Shown: positions 1 to 9,573 of the stretch, one piece after another
How the letters are laid out: every line of letters starts with the position of its first letter
Numbering within the stretch: the stretch's first letter is position 1
NCBI GenBank assembly: GCA_016212165.1
Contig: JACRGY010000168.1
Coordinates: 66-64,065 of the forward strand
Origin: Nitrospirota bacterium
GTDB lineage: Bacteria; Nitrospirota; Thermodesulfovibrionia; Thermodesulfovibrionales; UBA1546
Length of the DNA: 64,000 nt
Direction: 5' to 3'
Made by a program: the position numbers and the translations under genes
The notes under the pieces: model-generated
The model's input: only the letters and a program-made list of their open reading frames with translations
What the model was told of the DNA's origin: nothing
Database searches by the model: none

Positions 1-102
1 GTTTCTAATCAGGTTAACTTTGGGATATTTTCTCTCAATCACCTCTACTGATCCGTCTGTTGACGCGTTATCTACTACGAGTATTGTTACCTGTATTCCG
101 AA
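1..102 (-). pseudogene. 5'-truncated family-2 glycosyltransferase fragment, continues past the window start
   Basis: The minus-strand frame ending at nt 1 reads ...[34 protein letters not shown]. This is the GT2 VVDNxSxDxS block, which normally lies 30-40 aa into the protein. Upstream in that frame there are stops and no start codon. Confidence 0.45.
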
Positions 103-383
103 AGTTTTATGCCGGCTTTTTTTGCAAGCATTTTAATTGCTTCCTGAAAATTAAGGTTTTCATATTTCATGATAAAGCCGAAGATATCCCCGCCTGCCCC
201 GCATCCGAAGCAGTGGAATATCTGTTTGGCCGGACTTACCATAAATGACGGGCTCTTTTCTGAATGGAAAGGACAGTTTGCCTTGTAGTTCTGGCCTGAT
301 TTTTTTAGTTCAACATAGTCTGAGATTACTTCGATTATATCAAGGCGTGATTTTATGTCGTCGAGAAGCCTGTCAGATTTCAT
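87..383 (-). CDS. DnaG-type CHC2 zinc-finger domain only (primase N-terminal 98 aa, no catalytic domain)
   Basis: ...[38 protein letters not shown]... is the canonical primase zinc-binding domain. The ORF stops at TAA 89..87. Confidence 0.7.
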   Translation of the reverse strand: MKSDRLLDDIKSRLDIIEVISDYVELKKSGQNYKANCPFHSEKSPSFMVSPAKQIFHCFGCGAGGDIFGFIMKYENLNFQEAIKMLAKKAGIKLSEYR

Positions 384-442
384 AATGCCCTATTTTACCT
401 TAAATCGAGTAATTTAGAGTCCTGACAAGGGTGCTTCTTTAA

Positions 443-655
443 TGTCATTGCGAGGAGGTCGTAACGACCGACGTGGCAATCTCTATCCTGTTGAATGAAT
501 CACCCCTCAGCAAGCTAAGGGATATCTTAAAGTTGAATTTATGTTGTTGATTGTCATTCCCGCGACCCGTTCTCCGTAGTACTACGAAGGATGAAAGGCG
601 GGAATCCAGTGTTTTCAATACCTCATGGATCCCCCGGTCAAGCCGGAGGATGACG
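443..655. repeat. Cluster of three short GC-rich hairpin (REP-like) elements, family B
   Basis: GTCATTGCGAGG..GGTCGTAACGACC..GGCAATC; GTCATTCCCGC..CGTAGTACTACG..GCGGGAATC; TCCCCCGGTCAAGCCGGAGGA. Related hairpins occur at 49543..49636 and 56705..56767. Confidence 0.6.
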
Positions 656-745
656 AGTACTGACTTAATTCTTTACTTTGTGCTATATTGTTTTCAATTA
701 TCGGGAAAACGAAGTTCGTATATATATGTTAGGCTCAAAATAAAT

Positions 746-1627
746 ATGAAAACAATAGCGATATTCATTCTCTTGACAAGCTCGCTTATATTCACACCTC
801 ATCTCTGGGCTGACCCAATCATAATTGCGATACACGAACAGCCTCAATGCAAACAGGACTCGCAAATGGCTGTTCGTGTCCTATTTTCAAAAAACGATGA
901 GGAGTGGTTTGCATTATATAATGCCTTTGCAGCAGACAAAATCGATATCTCGCATATTATTTGGACTGCTGCCTTTGATGGCCACAACATTGGTAAACTG
1001 AAGACTTTTGACCCTGGTTTTACTACACCTTACGAGTGGACATATTCACGTGATCGATTGATAGGAATTTTCCCTAATCAACAAATTCCCAAAATGCAAA
1101 ACAAAGGCAAAGAATTCGAGGGCTGGTGTAGTGCGCCAGATTATCGTCCTGTAGTCTTGGTTAATCAACCGAATTATAAAGACCCAAGCGGATGGAAACC
1201 TTTTCGCCCAGATGGCATCTTTAAAAAAGTATTATTCACAAAATTCAAAGCTGTTGCTGGTGCAGCAGAAAGCTGTTTAGACGAGCAGGAAAATAAAACA
1301 TCACCTTACACCTACACTGCCAAAGACCTCCTAATTTATAGAGCCTATCAAAACAAAGCAGGGCAAAAATTAATATCTATTGGACTTGATTCAAAACACT
1401 ATCATTGTGATGGCCCAATAGAGCCTGCATGGACTCCTCACTGGTTTTTGATAGATCAAGACATATATTATATCGGCAACGACATGTCAGTTATAGATGC
1501 AGGCGACTATGACAATGATGGTAAATCCGAAATGATGTTTTGGCACAGTGGGTATAATGAGGATGGATATACATTGTTTTATAACGATTTCAGAAAAAGA
1601 GTTGATTACTATTGGAAATATCATTAA
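746..1627 (+). CDS. Secreted hypothetical protein with a C-terminal FG-GAP/calcium-loop-like DxDxDG motif
   Basis: The internal ATG at 746 gives a signal peptide MKTIAIFILLTSSLIFTPHLWA. The motif is IDAGDYDNDGKSEMMFW. The track ORF start at 551 only translates the hairpin repeats. Confidence 0.6.
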   Translation: MKTIAIFILLTSSLIFTPHLWADPIIIAIHEQPQCKQDSQMAVRVLFSKNDEEWFALYNAFAADKIDISHIIWTAAFDGHNIGKLKTFDPGFTTPYEWTYSRDRLIGIFPNQQIPKMQNKGKEFEGWCSAPDYRPVVLVNQPNYKDPSGWKPFRPDGIFKKVLFTKFKAVAGAAESCLDEQENKTSPYTYTAKDLLIYRAYQNKAGQKLISIGLDSKHYHCDGPIEPAWTPHWFLIDQDIYYIGNDMSVIDAGDYDNDGKSEMMFWHSGYNEDGYTLFYNDFRKRVDYYWKYH

Positions 1628-1698
1628 GCCTAGAAAATCGCTCATCAAGAGGGACGCAGCATAAAGCCGCCGCGCGCCTGTCGTTATGTGTTTAAATA

Positions 1699-2181
1699 AT
1701 GACTAAAACACGATTCCACAAGAGTGAAATTGCGAGACGTCAGTTAGAAACAGCAGTGCGTCTTTTCTTAAGCGGTATGGATCAATCTTCAGTAATCACG
1801 CTTGCTGGCGCATCAAGTGGCATTCTGGACAGGCTCGTTAGAAATGCAGGCAAAGAGCCTTTTGTTGATTACGCGTGCAGGGTACATCGTGAACTGATTG
1901 GTCATACTCCAAAAAGACGATCTTATTCACACCACATTGACAAAAGGTTAGGAATAATAGCGCATAAACATTTGTCTAAGGACGACGATGAAACTGTAGA
2001 ACTTGATCTTGAACAAATGGCATGTGATGCTCTCACTCGAGCACTTGCAGATTATATGACCTTGTATGGTAAAGATGAACCGTTTGTTAAGGCTTTCTTC
2101 AACTGGGCATGGGAAACCAAAGACGGACAAGCTCTTATGAAAGAATTCGAGACGGTTTCTGACAGGCTGCGGCCAGCATGA
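1699..2181 (+). CDS. Hypothetical protein, paralog A of a tandem pair
   Basis: 160 aa. The N-terminal ~50 aa are about half identical to the next ORF (QLETAVRLFLSG.D..SVITLAGAS). It contains RLGIIAHKH. No family was recognised. Confidence 0.6.
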   Translation: MTKTRFHKSEIARRQLETAVRLFLSGMDQSSVITLAGASSGILDRLVRNAGKEPFVDYACRVHRELIGHTPKRRSYSHHIDKRLGIIAHKHLSKDDDETVELDLEQMACDALTRALADYMTLYGKDEPFVKAFFNWAWETKDGQALMKEFETVSDRLRPA

Positions 2182-2654
2182 GTTTACGGACTTTTAAAAG
2201 AATTGAATTGGCAGAGAGTCAGCTGAAAACTGCTATCAGACTCTTTGTGAGCGGAGGTGATAAGTTCTCAGCAATTTCACTGGCTGGCGCAGCTGATGTC
2301 ATTCTCTGCCGCCTAGTATCAAATATTGAAAAAGAAAATTTTACTGCCTTTTTATTAAAGCAGAAAGCAGCTAAGGGTGGCGAAAGCGAAACGATACAAT
2401 CCCTTGGGCGATGCATTAACGATACTCTATTCATTAATGATCTGAAGCACATGGACGACGGGGAGGATGGATACATTGATATAAATATAGAAGAATGCAC
2501 TTTGGGAGCAATACTAAAGGCTATAGCTAACTATGTGATTCTTGTTGGGCCAAATAAAGATTTTGTGCAGGCATTCCTAGCTTGGGGGCAGCTAAATCTA
2601 GACCCAAAGAAATACAATATCTACTGTGATCCAAATTGGAAGCCAATCACATAA
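2178..2654 (+). CDS. Hypothetical protein, paralog B of a tandem pair
   Basis: 158 aa. There is an ATGA start/stop overlap with paralog A. It shares the blocks QLKTAIRLFVSG.D..SAISLAGAA and FVQAFLAW. Confidence 0.6.
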   Translation: MSLRTFKRIELAESQLKTAIRLFVSGGDKFSAISLAGAADVILCRLVSNIEKENFTAFLLKQKAAKGGESETIQSLGRCINDTLFINDLKHMDDGEDGYIDINIEECTLGAILKAIANYVILVGPNKDFVQAFLAWGQLNLDPKKYNIYCDPNWKPIT

Positions 2655-2799
2655 CCAGAGTATCCAGCGGATTTGTTACACGCTACGCATTTCGCAAACG
2701 CTATGATACCTGTCGTTACCCCAAAAACAACTAACCATGTTGATTGAAACCAACCATGTAAAACAATCCAGAGAAGATGTTCAGCGCCGATGACAGACC

Positions 2800-3759
2800 C
2801 TATTTAAGCCTGCTCACCCGTTTAAAGCCGGAACACTCAACTATTTCAAGAGAATTATTTTTTGAAAGCTCATCCAGAAGCAGATTCAGCCCCAGATTAT
2901 CGCTCGATATATGACCTGCAATAACTACATTCAAGTGATTCTTTTCTGCCTCTTTTCTATGCTCCTCGCCAAGGTGCATCCCAACAATCGTGTTCACACC
3001 GCTTGCTGTAAGGCTGCTGAATATCTCCTTTGAGCCCTCTGTTCCGCCTGTCATATCAACAAAAATCTTGCCGGCCTTCCTGTTTTTGGAACCAATCAGT
3101 ATCTTGGGCCCTGCGCCGTTAAAAGCAGCAGTTTTATATTCGGGGATGTTTTTAAGGATATCAAGCACATCTGAAATCTTGTATGGCTTTTTCTCATCAA
3201 AAATCTTTTGCAGATATGTAGCGACCATGTTATCAGCAGGCGTATGAAGGCACATAAACGGAATCCCCAGAAGTTTTGCCGCGTCAACCGCCCTTGTGTG
3301 GTTAACAGGCATAAGCCTTCTTTCAACCTCTTTTATCCTTCCTTCCATCAGGTCTTCAGCTATATTTATGGGAACGCCGAACCTGTGGAGTATGTCTGAC
3401 TGCATCTGCATAACTGAATACAGGTTTGCATAGGCCCTGCCTTCAGGATGATGTGATAACAAAAGGTCTACCCCTTTGCCTTTTGCTTTAAGGCTGTCTG
3501 CAAGAAGTATCTCTCCAACCTCTATATCTATACCTATAAGCGCAGACTTTATCTTTTCTTCGCCTGTGCCGTTTAATATCCTTGAATCTGAATAAGGGTT
3601 ATTCAATGTCTCATTATCAAAAAATTCCTTTTCGTCATCTTTGAGTTTCTCAAAGTCTTTTTTCCTTGATTCGAGTTCTTTTAAAACAAACTCTTTGCTG
3701 CGCGGGTCATTTTTAATGCCTGTTGTTATTGCCTTATTGTAAAGTTCTTTAAGAGTCAT
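2800..3759 (-). CDS. NIF3-like dinuclear metal centre family protein
   Basis: LLLSHHPEG and C-terminal VIAGHISSDNLG motifs; 319 aa. Confidence 0.55.
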   Translation of the reverse strand: MTLKELYNKAITTGIKNDPRSKEFVLKELESRKKDFEKLKDDEKEFFDNETLNNPYSDSRILNGTGEEKIKSALIGIDIEVGEILLADSLKAKGKGVDLLLSHHPEGRAYANLYSVMQMQSDILHRFGVPINIAEDLMEGRIKEVERRLMPVNHTRAVDAAKLLGIPFMCLHTPADNMVATYLQKIFDEKKPYKISDVLDILKNIPEYKTAAFNGAGPKILIGSKNRKAGKIFVDMTGGTEGSKEIFSSLTASGVNTIVGMHLGEEHRKEAEKNHLNVVIAGHISSDNLGLNLLLDELSKNNSLEIVECSGFKRVSRLK

Positions 3760-3855
3760 ATCTTTATCCTTTTTGGCGTAATTTTATGGTTTATTTTATG
3801 TGCTGGCTTGTCATTTGTCAAATAGCCTGCTCTGAATAAATTAAGAAAGAGAATA

Positions 3856-4010
3856 AGACAGGGGATAGTATCCTCGCTCATTCTCGGTCGTTCCGACCTC
3901 CGAGGTATTTTGCCTCACCCCCCTTTCGTTCCCCCCTTGCCAAGGGGGGATTAAGAGGGGTGGTTTTCTGAATATCGGCAAAATAAATCCGCTCGAACAC
4001 CATCCCCTGT
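3856..4010 (-). repeat. Family A nested-hairpin intergenic element, copy A1
   Basis: Outer stem GACAGGGGAT/ATCCCCTGTC. Conserved blocks CGCTCATTCTCGG, CCTCCGAGGTATTTTGCC, CCCCCCTTGCCAAGGGGGG and CGGCAAAATAAATCCGCTC. The strand given is the wobble-compatible one. Confidence 0.8.
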
Positions 4011-4082
4011 CTCTTGAACACTATGCCTGCCTTTTGCAATAAGTTACAAAACACTAACGATTTCGTATATAATTTTCAGAGT

Positions 4083-5963
4083 ATGCATTACGTAATCCTC
4101 GGCACAGCCGGCCATATTGACCACGGGAAAAGCGCTCTTGTTAAAGCCCTGACAGGCATAGACCCTGACAGGCTGAAAGAGGAAAAAGAGCGCGGAATCA
4201 CCATTGACCTGGGGTTTGCCGACCTTGTATACCCTGACGGCCTTACAGTCGGGATAGTTGATGTGCCCGGCCATGAAAGGCTTGTAAGAAACATGCTTGC
4301 AGGCGCAGGTGGAATAGACATTGTTCTTTTTGTAATTGCTGCAGACGAAGGCATAATGCCCCAGAGCAGGGAGCATCTGGCCATATGCAATCTATTGAAA
4401 ATTAAATCCGGCCTCATAGTAATAACAAAGACGGACCTTGTTGAGGAAGACTGGGTTAAGCTTGTTTCAGACGAAGTAAGAGGCTTTGTAAAAGACACTT
4501 TTCTTGAAAATGCAGAGATAATTCCTGTTTCATCAAAGACAGGGGAAAACATTGATACCTTAAAAGAAAAAATAAAAGAAGTCGCTCTAAAGATTCAGCC
4601 AAAGCTCACCAATGGACTTTTCAGGCTTCCGGTAGACAGGGTATTCACATTAAAAGGATTTGGGACTGTTGTTACAGGAACTGCTATTTCAGGAAGCGTA
4701 TCTGTTGATGATGCGGTTGATATACTGCCGTCTGCTATAAGCTCCAAGGTCCGAGGCCTGCACAGCCACGGCAAGGCGATAAAGGCCGCATATGCAGGCC
4801 AGAGGGTTGCAATCAATCTTACAGGTGTTGAAAAAGACAGCCTGAAACGCGGAGATGTTGTCGTTATGCCGGGAAGGTTCTCTCCGACAAAGACAATTGA
4901 CGCAAAGATAGAACTGCTTAAAGACGCTCCGCTTTTAAAAAATAAAAGCCTTGTGCATTTCCATTCCGGCACAGCAGAAGTGGTCGCTCGAATAATCTTG
5001 TATAACAGGGATGAGTTAAAGCAAGGCGAAAGCTGTTTTTGCCAATTAAGGCTGCAGGAGCCTGTAATTTCAATGTCAGGGGACAGATACATTATAAGAA
5101 GGTTCTCGCCTGTCGAGACAATCGGAGGCGGTGAAATACTCGATGCCTATCCTTCAAGAAGGAAAAAGAGCGAGGGCCTGGGAGATTTGGAGGTTTTTGA
5201 AAAAGGAGCGCTTGATGAAAAAATAGCCATGAAGATTAAAAAGGCAGGTATCCATGGGATGCCTGTTTCTCTGATTGAAGGCTGGATAAATGCGGATATC
5301 CCTGCAATCAAAGATGCAATTCGTTCTTTAAAAGAAAAAACTATTGTAGTCCGGTTCGAGGATATTCTTATTCATGACAGTGCGGTTAATTCAATAAAAG
5401 AAGGCATTAATAAAATTCTTATTCCGTTCCATAAACAAAATCCTTTGCAATCAGGAATGCCCAAGGAAGAGATTAGGGCACAGCTTAAAGTAGAGCAGAA
5501 GATATTTAATTCTCTTATCGGCTCAATGAAAGATGTTGTGAGCGATAAAGACCTCTTGCGCTCGGCAAGTTTCAAGGCAACGCTCTCAGAGGTAGATAAG
5601 GGCATAGAGACAAAGATTATAACCATGCTTGACCAGGCAGGTTTCCAGCCTCCGTTAAAAGAGGAGCTGTTAACTGCTCTCAAAATGCAGCCTAAACAGT
5701 TTGACGATATGCTTAATCTCATGACAAAACAAGGAAAGCTCGTGAGGATTAATGAGACGATTTATATTACAAAAATTGTTTACGATAAAATGCTTGCCAT
5801 GCTCAAAGATTTTTACAATAAGAAAAAAGAAATGACAGTAGCGGAATTCAGGGATGTGCTTGGAACCTCCCGCAAATACGCCCTCCCCTTCCTCGAATAC
5901 CTCGATACCCGGCGCATCACAATGCGCGTGGGAGATGTGAGGAAGTTGTTGGTAAAGGGGTGA
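4083..5963 (+). CDS. selB: Selenocysteine-specific elongation factor SelB
   Basis: GTAGHIDHGKSALVKALTG G1 motif, DVPGHERL, NKTD-like ITKTDL, and a long C-terminal winged-helix region ending ...ALPFLEYLD. The start was moved to the ATG at 4083. Confidence 0.9.
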   Translation: MHYVILGTAGHIDHGKSALVKALTGIDPDRLKEEKERGITIDLGFADLVYPDGLTVGIVDVPGHERLVRNMLAGAGGIDIVLFVIAADEGIMPQSREHLAICNLLKIKSGLIVITKTDLVEEDWVKLVSDEVRGFVKDTFLENAEIIPVSSKTGENIDTLKEKIKEVALKIQPKLTNGLFRLPVDRVFTLKGFGTVVTGTAISGSVSVDDAVDILPSAISSKVRGLHSHGKAIKAAYAGQRVAINLTGVEKDSLKRGDVVVMPGRFSPTKTIDAKIELLKDAPLLKNKSLVHFHSGTAEVVARIILYNRDELKQGESCFCQLRLQEPVISMSGDRYIIRRFSPVETIGGGEILDAYPSRRKKSEGLGDLEVFEKGALDEKIAMKIKKAGIHGMPVSLIEGWINADIPAIKDAIRSLKEKTIVVRFEDILIHDSAVNSIKEGINKILIPFHKQNPLQSGMPKEEIRAQLKVEQKIFNSLIGSMKDVVSDKDLLRSASFKATLSEVDKGIETKIITMLDQAGFQPPLKEELLTALKMQPKQFDDMLNLMTKQGKLVRINETIYITKIVYDKMLAMLKDFYNKKKEMTVAEFRDVLGTSRKYALPFLEYLDTRRITMRVGDVRKLLVKG

Positions 5964-6017
5964 GCTTTTGCGCAATTTCTCATATCATCAAAAATCTCCA
6001 CACCTAAAAAAAGTCTA

Positions 6018-6046
6018 TTGACAGAGGCTGCAAATTGCAGTAGCAT
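6018..6046 (+). promoter_or_regulatory. Sigma70-like promoter for the Mo-hydroxylase operon
   Basis: TTGACA (6018..6023), a 17-nt spacer, then TAGCAT (6041..6046), about 50 nt upstream of the GGAGG RBS and the ATG at 6099. Confidence 0.5.
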
Positions 6047-6098
6047 TTTTTTAAGGTTCTTGCTAATCCCTTTGAGCAATTATGAAGGAGGTATTTTT

Positions 6099-6563
6099 AT
6101 GGTCTCTCTTGACATTAATGGAAAGCGATATAAGGTAAACATAAGCCCTGACGCCCCCCTCTTGTGGGCGATACGGGATCACCTCGGGCTGACAGGCACG
6201 AAATTCGGCTGCGGCATTGCGCAGTGCGGGGCCTGCACTGTGCTTATTAATGGGAGGGCTGAGCGTTCATGCCAGACGCCTGTGAAGGATGCACAGGGAA
6301 AAAAGATAACAACGATCGAAGGAATTCCTGAAAACCATCCGGCAAAGAAGGCGTGGATTGCCGAGGATGTTCCGCAGTGCGGTTACTGTCAGTCAGGCCA
6401 GATCCTTCAGGCTATTTCGCTTCTAAATGAGAAACCGCATCCGAGCGATGAGGATATTGATGAATTCATGTCGGGATGCATCTGCAGGTGCGGGACTTAC
6501 CAGAGAATACGCCGCGCCATCCATCTCGCATCTTTTATGCTTGCGAAAGGAGGTAGAAAATGA
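6099..6563 (+). CDS. (2Fe-2S)-binding small subunit of an IorA-type molybdenum hydroxylase
   Basis: [20 protein letters not shown] and CRCGTY cluster motifs; GGAGG RBS before the ATG at 6099. Confidence 0.85.
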   Translation: MVSLDINGKRYKVNISPDAPLLWAIRDHLGLTGTKFGCGIAQCGACTVLINGRAERSCQTPVKDAQGKKITTIEGIPENHPAKKAWIAEDVPQCGYCQSGQILQAISLLNEKPHPSDEDIDEFMSGCICRCGTYQRIRRAIHLASFMLAKGGRK

Positions 6564-8725
6564 GCGGGATTATAAATATGAGCAGGCGTGATTTTTTAAA
6601 AACAGGCGCTGCCCTCGGCGGAGGGCTGATATTGGGGTTCTCTCTTTCCGAACCGGCACGGGCTATTGCGAAGAAATCTGCTGCAGAATTTGCGCCGAAT
6701 GCATTCATCAGGATAGGAAAGGATAATATTGTTACGATTATCGTGAACAAATCCGAGATGGGGCAGGGTGTTTACACGTCGCTTCCCATGCTCGTTGCAG
6801 AAGAGTTGGGATGCGACCTTTCAAAGGTAAGGATTGAATCGGCTCCGGTCGCCCCTGAATATAACCATACCGAGTGGGGGCCCTTTCAGGGGACAGGAGG
6901 AAGCTCGAGCATCCGCTCCACGTGGGTTCAGTTCAGAAAGGCAGGCGCTTCAGCGCGCACGATGCTGATCACGGCGGCTTCTGATACCTGGAAGGTTGCT
7001 CCTTCAGAGTGCCGCTCTGAAAAGGGATTTGTCATCAATGACAGGACAAAAAAGAAACTCTCCTTTGGCTCACTCGCTGAAAAGGCATCCCATCTGGAGC
7101 CTCCAAGGGATGTTCCCTTGAAGGAGCCGAAAGAGTTCAAGGTTATCGGAAAGCCTACGAAGCGTCTCGATACTCCTGAGAAGGTCAATGGAAAGGCGAT
7201 ATTCGGAATTGATGCAAAGGCTGCAGGAGCGCTCACAGCGCTCATTGCGCGCCCCCCTGTATTCGGAGGGAAGATAAAGAGTTTTAATGATGAAAAGGCA
7301 AGGAAAGTTCCGGGCGTAAAGGATGTCGTGCAGATTCCCTCAGGCATTGCAGTAGTTGCAAGGGACTTCTGGTCTGCATATAAAGGAAGGGAGGCCCTTG
7401 AGACCAGGTGGGACGATGGTGAAAACGCCTCGCTTTCCACTAAAAAAATGAGGTTGGAATATGCAAAGCTTTCAAAGACGCAGGGGGCAACGGCAAGAAA
7501 GGAAGGCGAGGCCTTGCAAGAATTCACAAAGGCTTCAAAACAGATAACAGCAGAATACGAGGTTCCATATCTTGCACATGCCGCTATGGAGACATTAAAC
7601 TGCCTCGTTGACCTCAGGGATGATGGATGTGATATATGGACAGGCACTCAGTTCCAGACGGTTGACAGAGACGCCGCAGCAGCGATTGCAGGCCTCAAAC
7701 CCGAAAAGGTCCGCCTTCATACAATGCTTCTCGGAGGAGGTTTTGGAAGGCGCGCAAATCCGGCCTCTGACTTTGTCGGCGAAGCAGTCCATGTTGCTAA
7801 GGCGATAAAAAAACCTGTAAAGGTTATATGGACCCGCGAGGATGATATTAAAGGCGGCTATTACAGGCCGATGTGGTATGACAGGATTTCCGCAGGCCTT
7901 GATGACAAGGGAAACCCTATTGCGTGGATGCACACCATTGTCGGACAGTCCATCATCACAGGCACGCCATTCGAGCAGATGCTCGTAATGCATGGTATAG
8001 ATGAAACATCGGTTGAAGGGGCAAAAGACATTCCATATAATATACCAAATATTTTTGTGGACCTCCACAGTCCCAGGATAAAAGTGCCTGTGCTGTGGTG
8101 GCGTTCTGTGGGACATTCACATACAGCCTTTGTTGTCGAGAGCTTCATAGACGAACTGGCGCACGCAGCAGGCAAAGACCCTTATGAATTTCGCAGGATG
8201 CTTCTCAACAGCCATCCAAGACATAAAGCAGTTTTAGAACTTGCTGCCGGGAAGGCAGGATGGGGCTCGCCGCTTCCGGCAGGCCGGGCGCAAGGCATTG
8301 CTCTGCATAAATCATTCGGCAGCTTCATCGCCCAGGTGGCAGAGGCGTCAGTAGAAAAATCAGGCAGGGTTCGCGTCCACAAGGTAGTGTGCGCTATTGA
8401 CTGTGGAAGGGTTGTAAATCCTGCTATCATCGAGGCGCAGATGGAATCAGGGATCGTCTTTGGCATCTCTGCCGCCCTTTTCGGCGCTATTACATTCAAA
8501 GATGGAAAAGTAGAGCAGTCCAATTTCCATGACTACCCCATGCTTCGTATGAAAGATATGCCCAGGGTTGAGGTTCACATCGCAAAAAGCGAGGAGTCGC
8601 CGCAGGGAGTTGGAGAACCCGGGGTTCCTCCAATTGCACCAGCAGTCTGCAATGCAATCTTTGCTGCAACTGGAAAACGTATCAGACGTCTTCCAATCGC
8701 TGCAAATGGACTGGAAGAGGGATAA
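6560..8725 (+). CDS. Molybdopterin-binding large subunit (IorB / aldehyde oxidase-xanthine dehydrogenase family) with a Tat signal
   Basis: N-terminal [15 protein letters not shown] twin-arginine signal. 721 aa. ATGA overlap with the small subunit. Confidence 0.85.
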   Translation: MSGIINMSRRDFLKTGAALGGGLILGFSLSEPARAIAKKSAAEFAPNAFIRIGKDNIVTIIVNKSEMGQGVYTSLPMLVAEELGCDLSKVRIESAPVAPEYNHTEWGPFQGTGGSSSIRSTWVQFRKAGASARTMLITAASDTWKVAPSECRSEKGFVINDRTKKKLSFGSLAEKASHLEPPRDVPLKEPKEFKVIGKPTKRLDTPEKVNGKAIFGIDAKAAGALTALIARPPVFGGKIKSFNDEKARKVPGVKDVVQIPSGIAVVARDFWSAYKGREALETRWDDGENASLSTKKMRLEYAKLSKTQGATARKEGEALQEFTKASKQITAEYEVPYLAHAAMETLNCLVDLRDDGCDIWTGTQFQTVDRDAAAAIAGLKPEKVRLHTMLLGGGFGRRANPASDFVGEAVHVAKAIKKPVKVIWTREDDIKGGYYRPMWYDRISAGLDDKGNPIAWMHTIVGQSIITGTPFEQMLVMHGIDETSVEGAKDIPYNIPNIFVDLHSPRIKVPVLWWRSVGHSHTAFVVESFIDELAHAAGKDPYEFRRMLLNSHPRHKAVLELAAGKAGWGSPLPAGRAQGIALHKSFGSFIAQVAEASVEKSGRVRVHKVVCAIDCGRVVNPAIIEAQMESGIVFGISAALFGAITFKDGKVEQSNFHDYPMLRMKDMPRVEVHIAKSEESPQGVGEPGVPPIAPAVCNAIFAATGKRIRRLPIAANGLEEG

Positions 8726-8733
8726 CTAAAGAC

Positions 8734-9573
8734 ATGGAAATTTATGAAGAGATTGTAAGGCTTAAAAAAGACGGAAGGTCTTCTGCCGTTGCAACAATTG
8801 TTCAGTGCATAGGTTCCTCCCCCCAGAAGGAAGGCGCGAAGATGCTCGTAAGGGATGACGGCTCTATAGCGGGAACGCTCGGCGGCGGATGCCTTGAGGC
8901 AGAGGTTGCCCAGGCTGCTTTGATGGCAATAAAAGACGGGCGTCCGCAAAGCATTTATTTCGAGCTGACCGAAAGGCACGGAGGTCTTGTCTGCGGCGGA
9001 AAAGTTATGGTCTACATCGAGCCTGTCGTTCCGGAGCCGAACCTTGTGATCCTCGGCGCAGGGCATGTCGGCAGGGCATTGTCAAAAGCCGCGAGATTCT
9101 CCGGTTTCAGGGTAACGGTGGTTGATGACAGGGATGAATTTGCAAACAGGGAAAATCTGCCTGATGCAAACGAAATTATCGTGAATGATTTTGAAAATGT
9201 CTTTTCAGGAGTAACGCTCACTCGTGATTCCTATATAGTAATCGCAACCCGCGGGCATAACCACGACCTTGACGCTTTAAAGGCTTCTCTCGGAACGGAT
9301 GCCGGGTATATAGGTCTCCTCGGAAGCAGGCGGAAAAGGGCCCTTCTTTTCAAGACCCTCAGCGACGAGGGCTTTTCAAAGAATGATATAGATAGGGTAA
9401 TAATTCCAGTCGGCCTGGCGATAAACTCTGTCACGCCTGAGGATATTGCGATAAGCATCATGGCGCAGATTATCCTGCAAAGGAGGGCAGATGCGGTCAG
9501 CAGTAACGGCGGTTCTTCTTGCAGCAGGCTCGTCGAAGAGAATGGGACTGCAAAAACAGCTTCTTGTTCTTAA
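8734..9573 (+). CDS. xdhC: XdhC/CoxI family Mo-cofactor insertion accessory protein
   Basis: ...[38 protein letters not shown]... followed by the Rossmann-like [10 protein letters not shown]. Confidence 0.8.
   Translation: MEIYEEIVRLKKDGRSSAVATIVQCIGSSPQKEGAKMLVRDDGSIAGTLGGGCLEAEVAQAALMAIKDGRPQSIYFELTERHGGLVCGGKVMVYIEPVVPEPNLVILGAGHVGRALSKAARFSGFRVTVVDDRDEFANRENLPDANEIIVNDFENVFSGVTLTRDSYIVIATRGHNHDLDALKASLGTDAGYIGLLGSRRKRALLFKTLSDEGFSKNDIDRVIIPVGLAINSVTPEDIAISIMAQIILQRRADAVSSNGGSSCSRLVEENGTAKTASCS

Noticed and set aside
551-745. N-terminal 65 codons of track ORF 551..1627
   Set aside because: They are a translation of the family B hairpin repeats (MSFPRP..RRESS..). The internal ATG at 746 gives a canonical signal peptide.
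1628-2799. Integron cassette/attC interpretation of the spacers after ORF 746..1627 and after the paralog pair (shared CCTGTCGTTA[TC], inverted ATAACGA/TCGTTAT)
   Set aside because: The core sites do not fit GTTRRRY/RYYYAAC. I could not draw a convincing attC secondary structure, and there is no intI in the window.
4044-8523. Long antisense ORFs inside selB and the Mo-hydroxylase genes (for example 4088..4552, 4595..5092, 6928..7647, 7595..8116), and similar ORFs inside pilQ, dnaE, gyrB, the rSAM gene and the 60990..63389 gene
   Set aside because: These are shadow ORFs opposite well-supported genes. They have low-complexity Ser/Pro/Ala-rich translations and no motifs.
4083-8725. selB adjacency to the Mo-hydroxylase operon as evidence for a selenium-dependent molybdenum hydroxylase
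   Set aside because: SelB serves Sec insertion, not the labile Se cofactor. The marker genes selD, yqeB and yqeC are not visible, and a promoter separates the units.
9491-9573. The 83-nt xdhC/mocA overlap as a frameshift-split fusion
   Set aside because: A strong AGGAGG plus ATG at 9491 and a typical MobA N-terminus support an independent start. The XdhC homology appears to end before the overlap.
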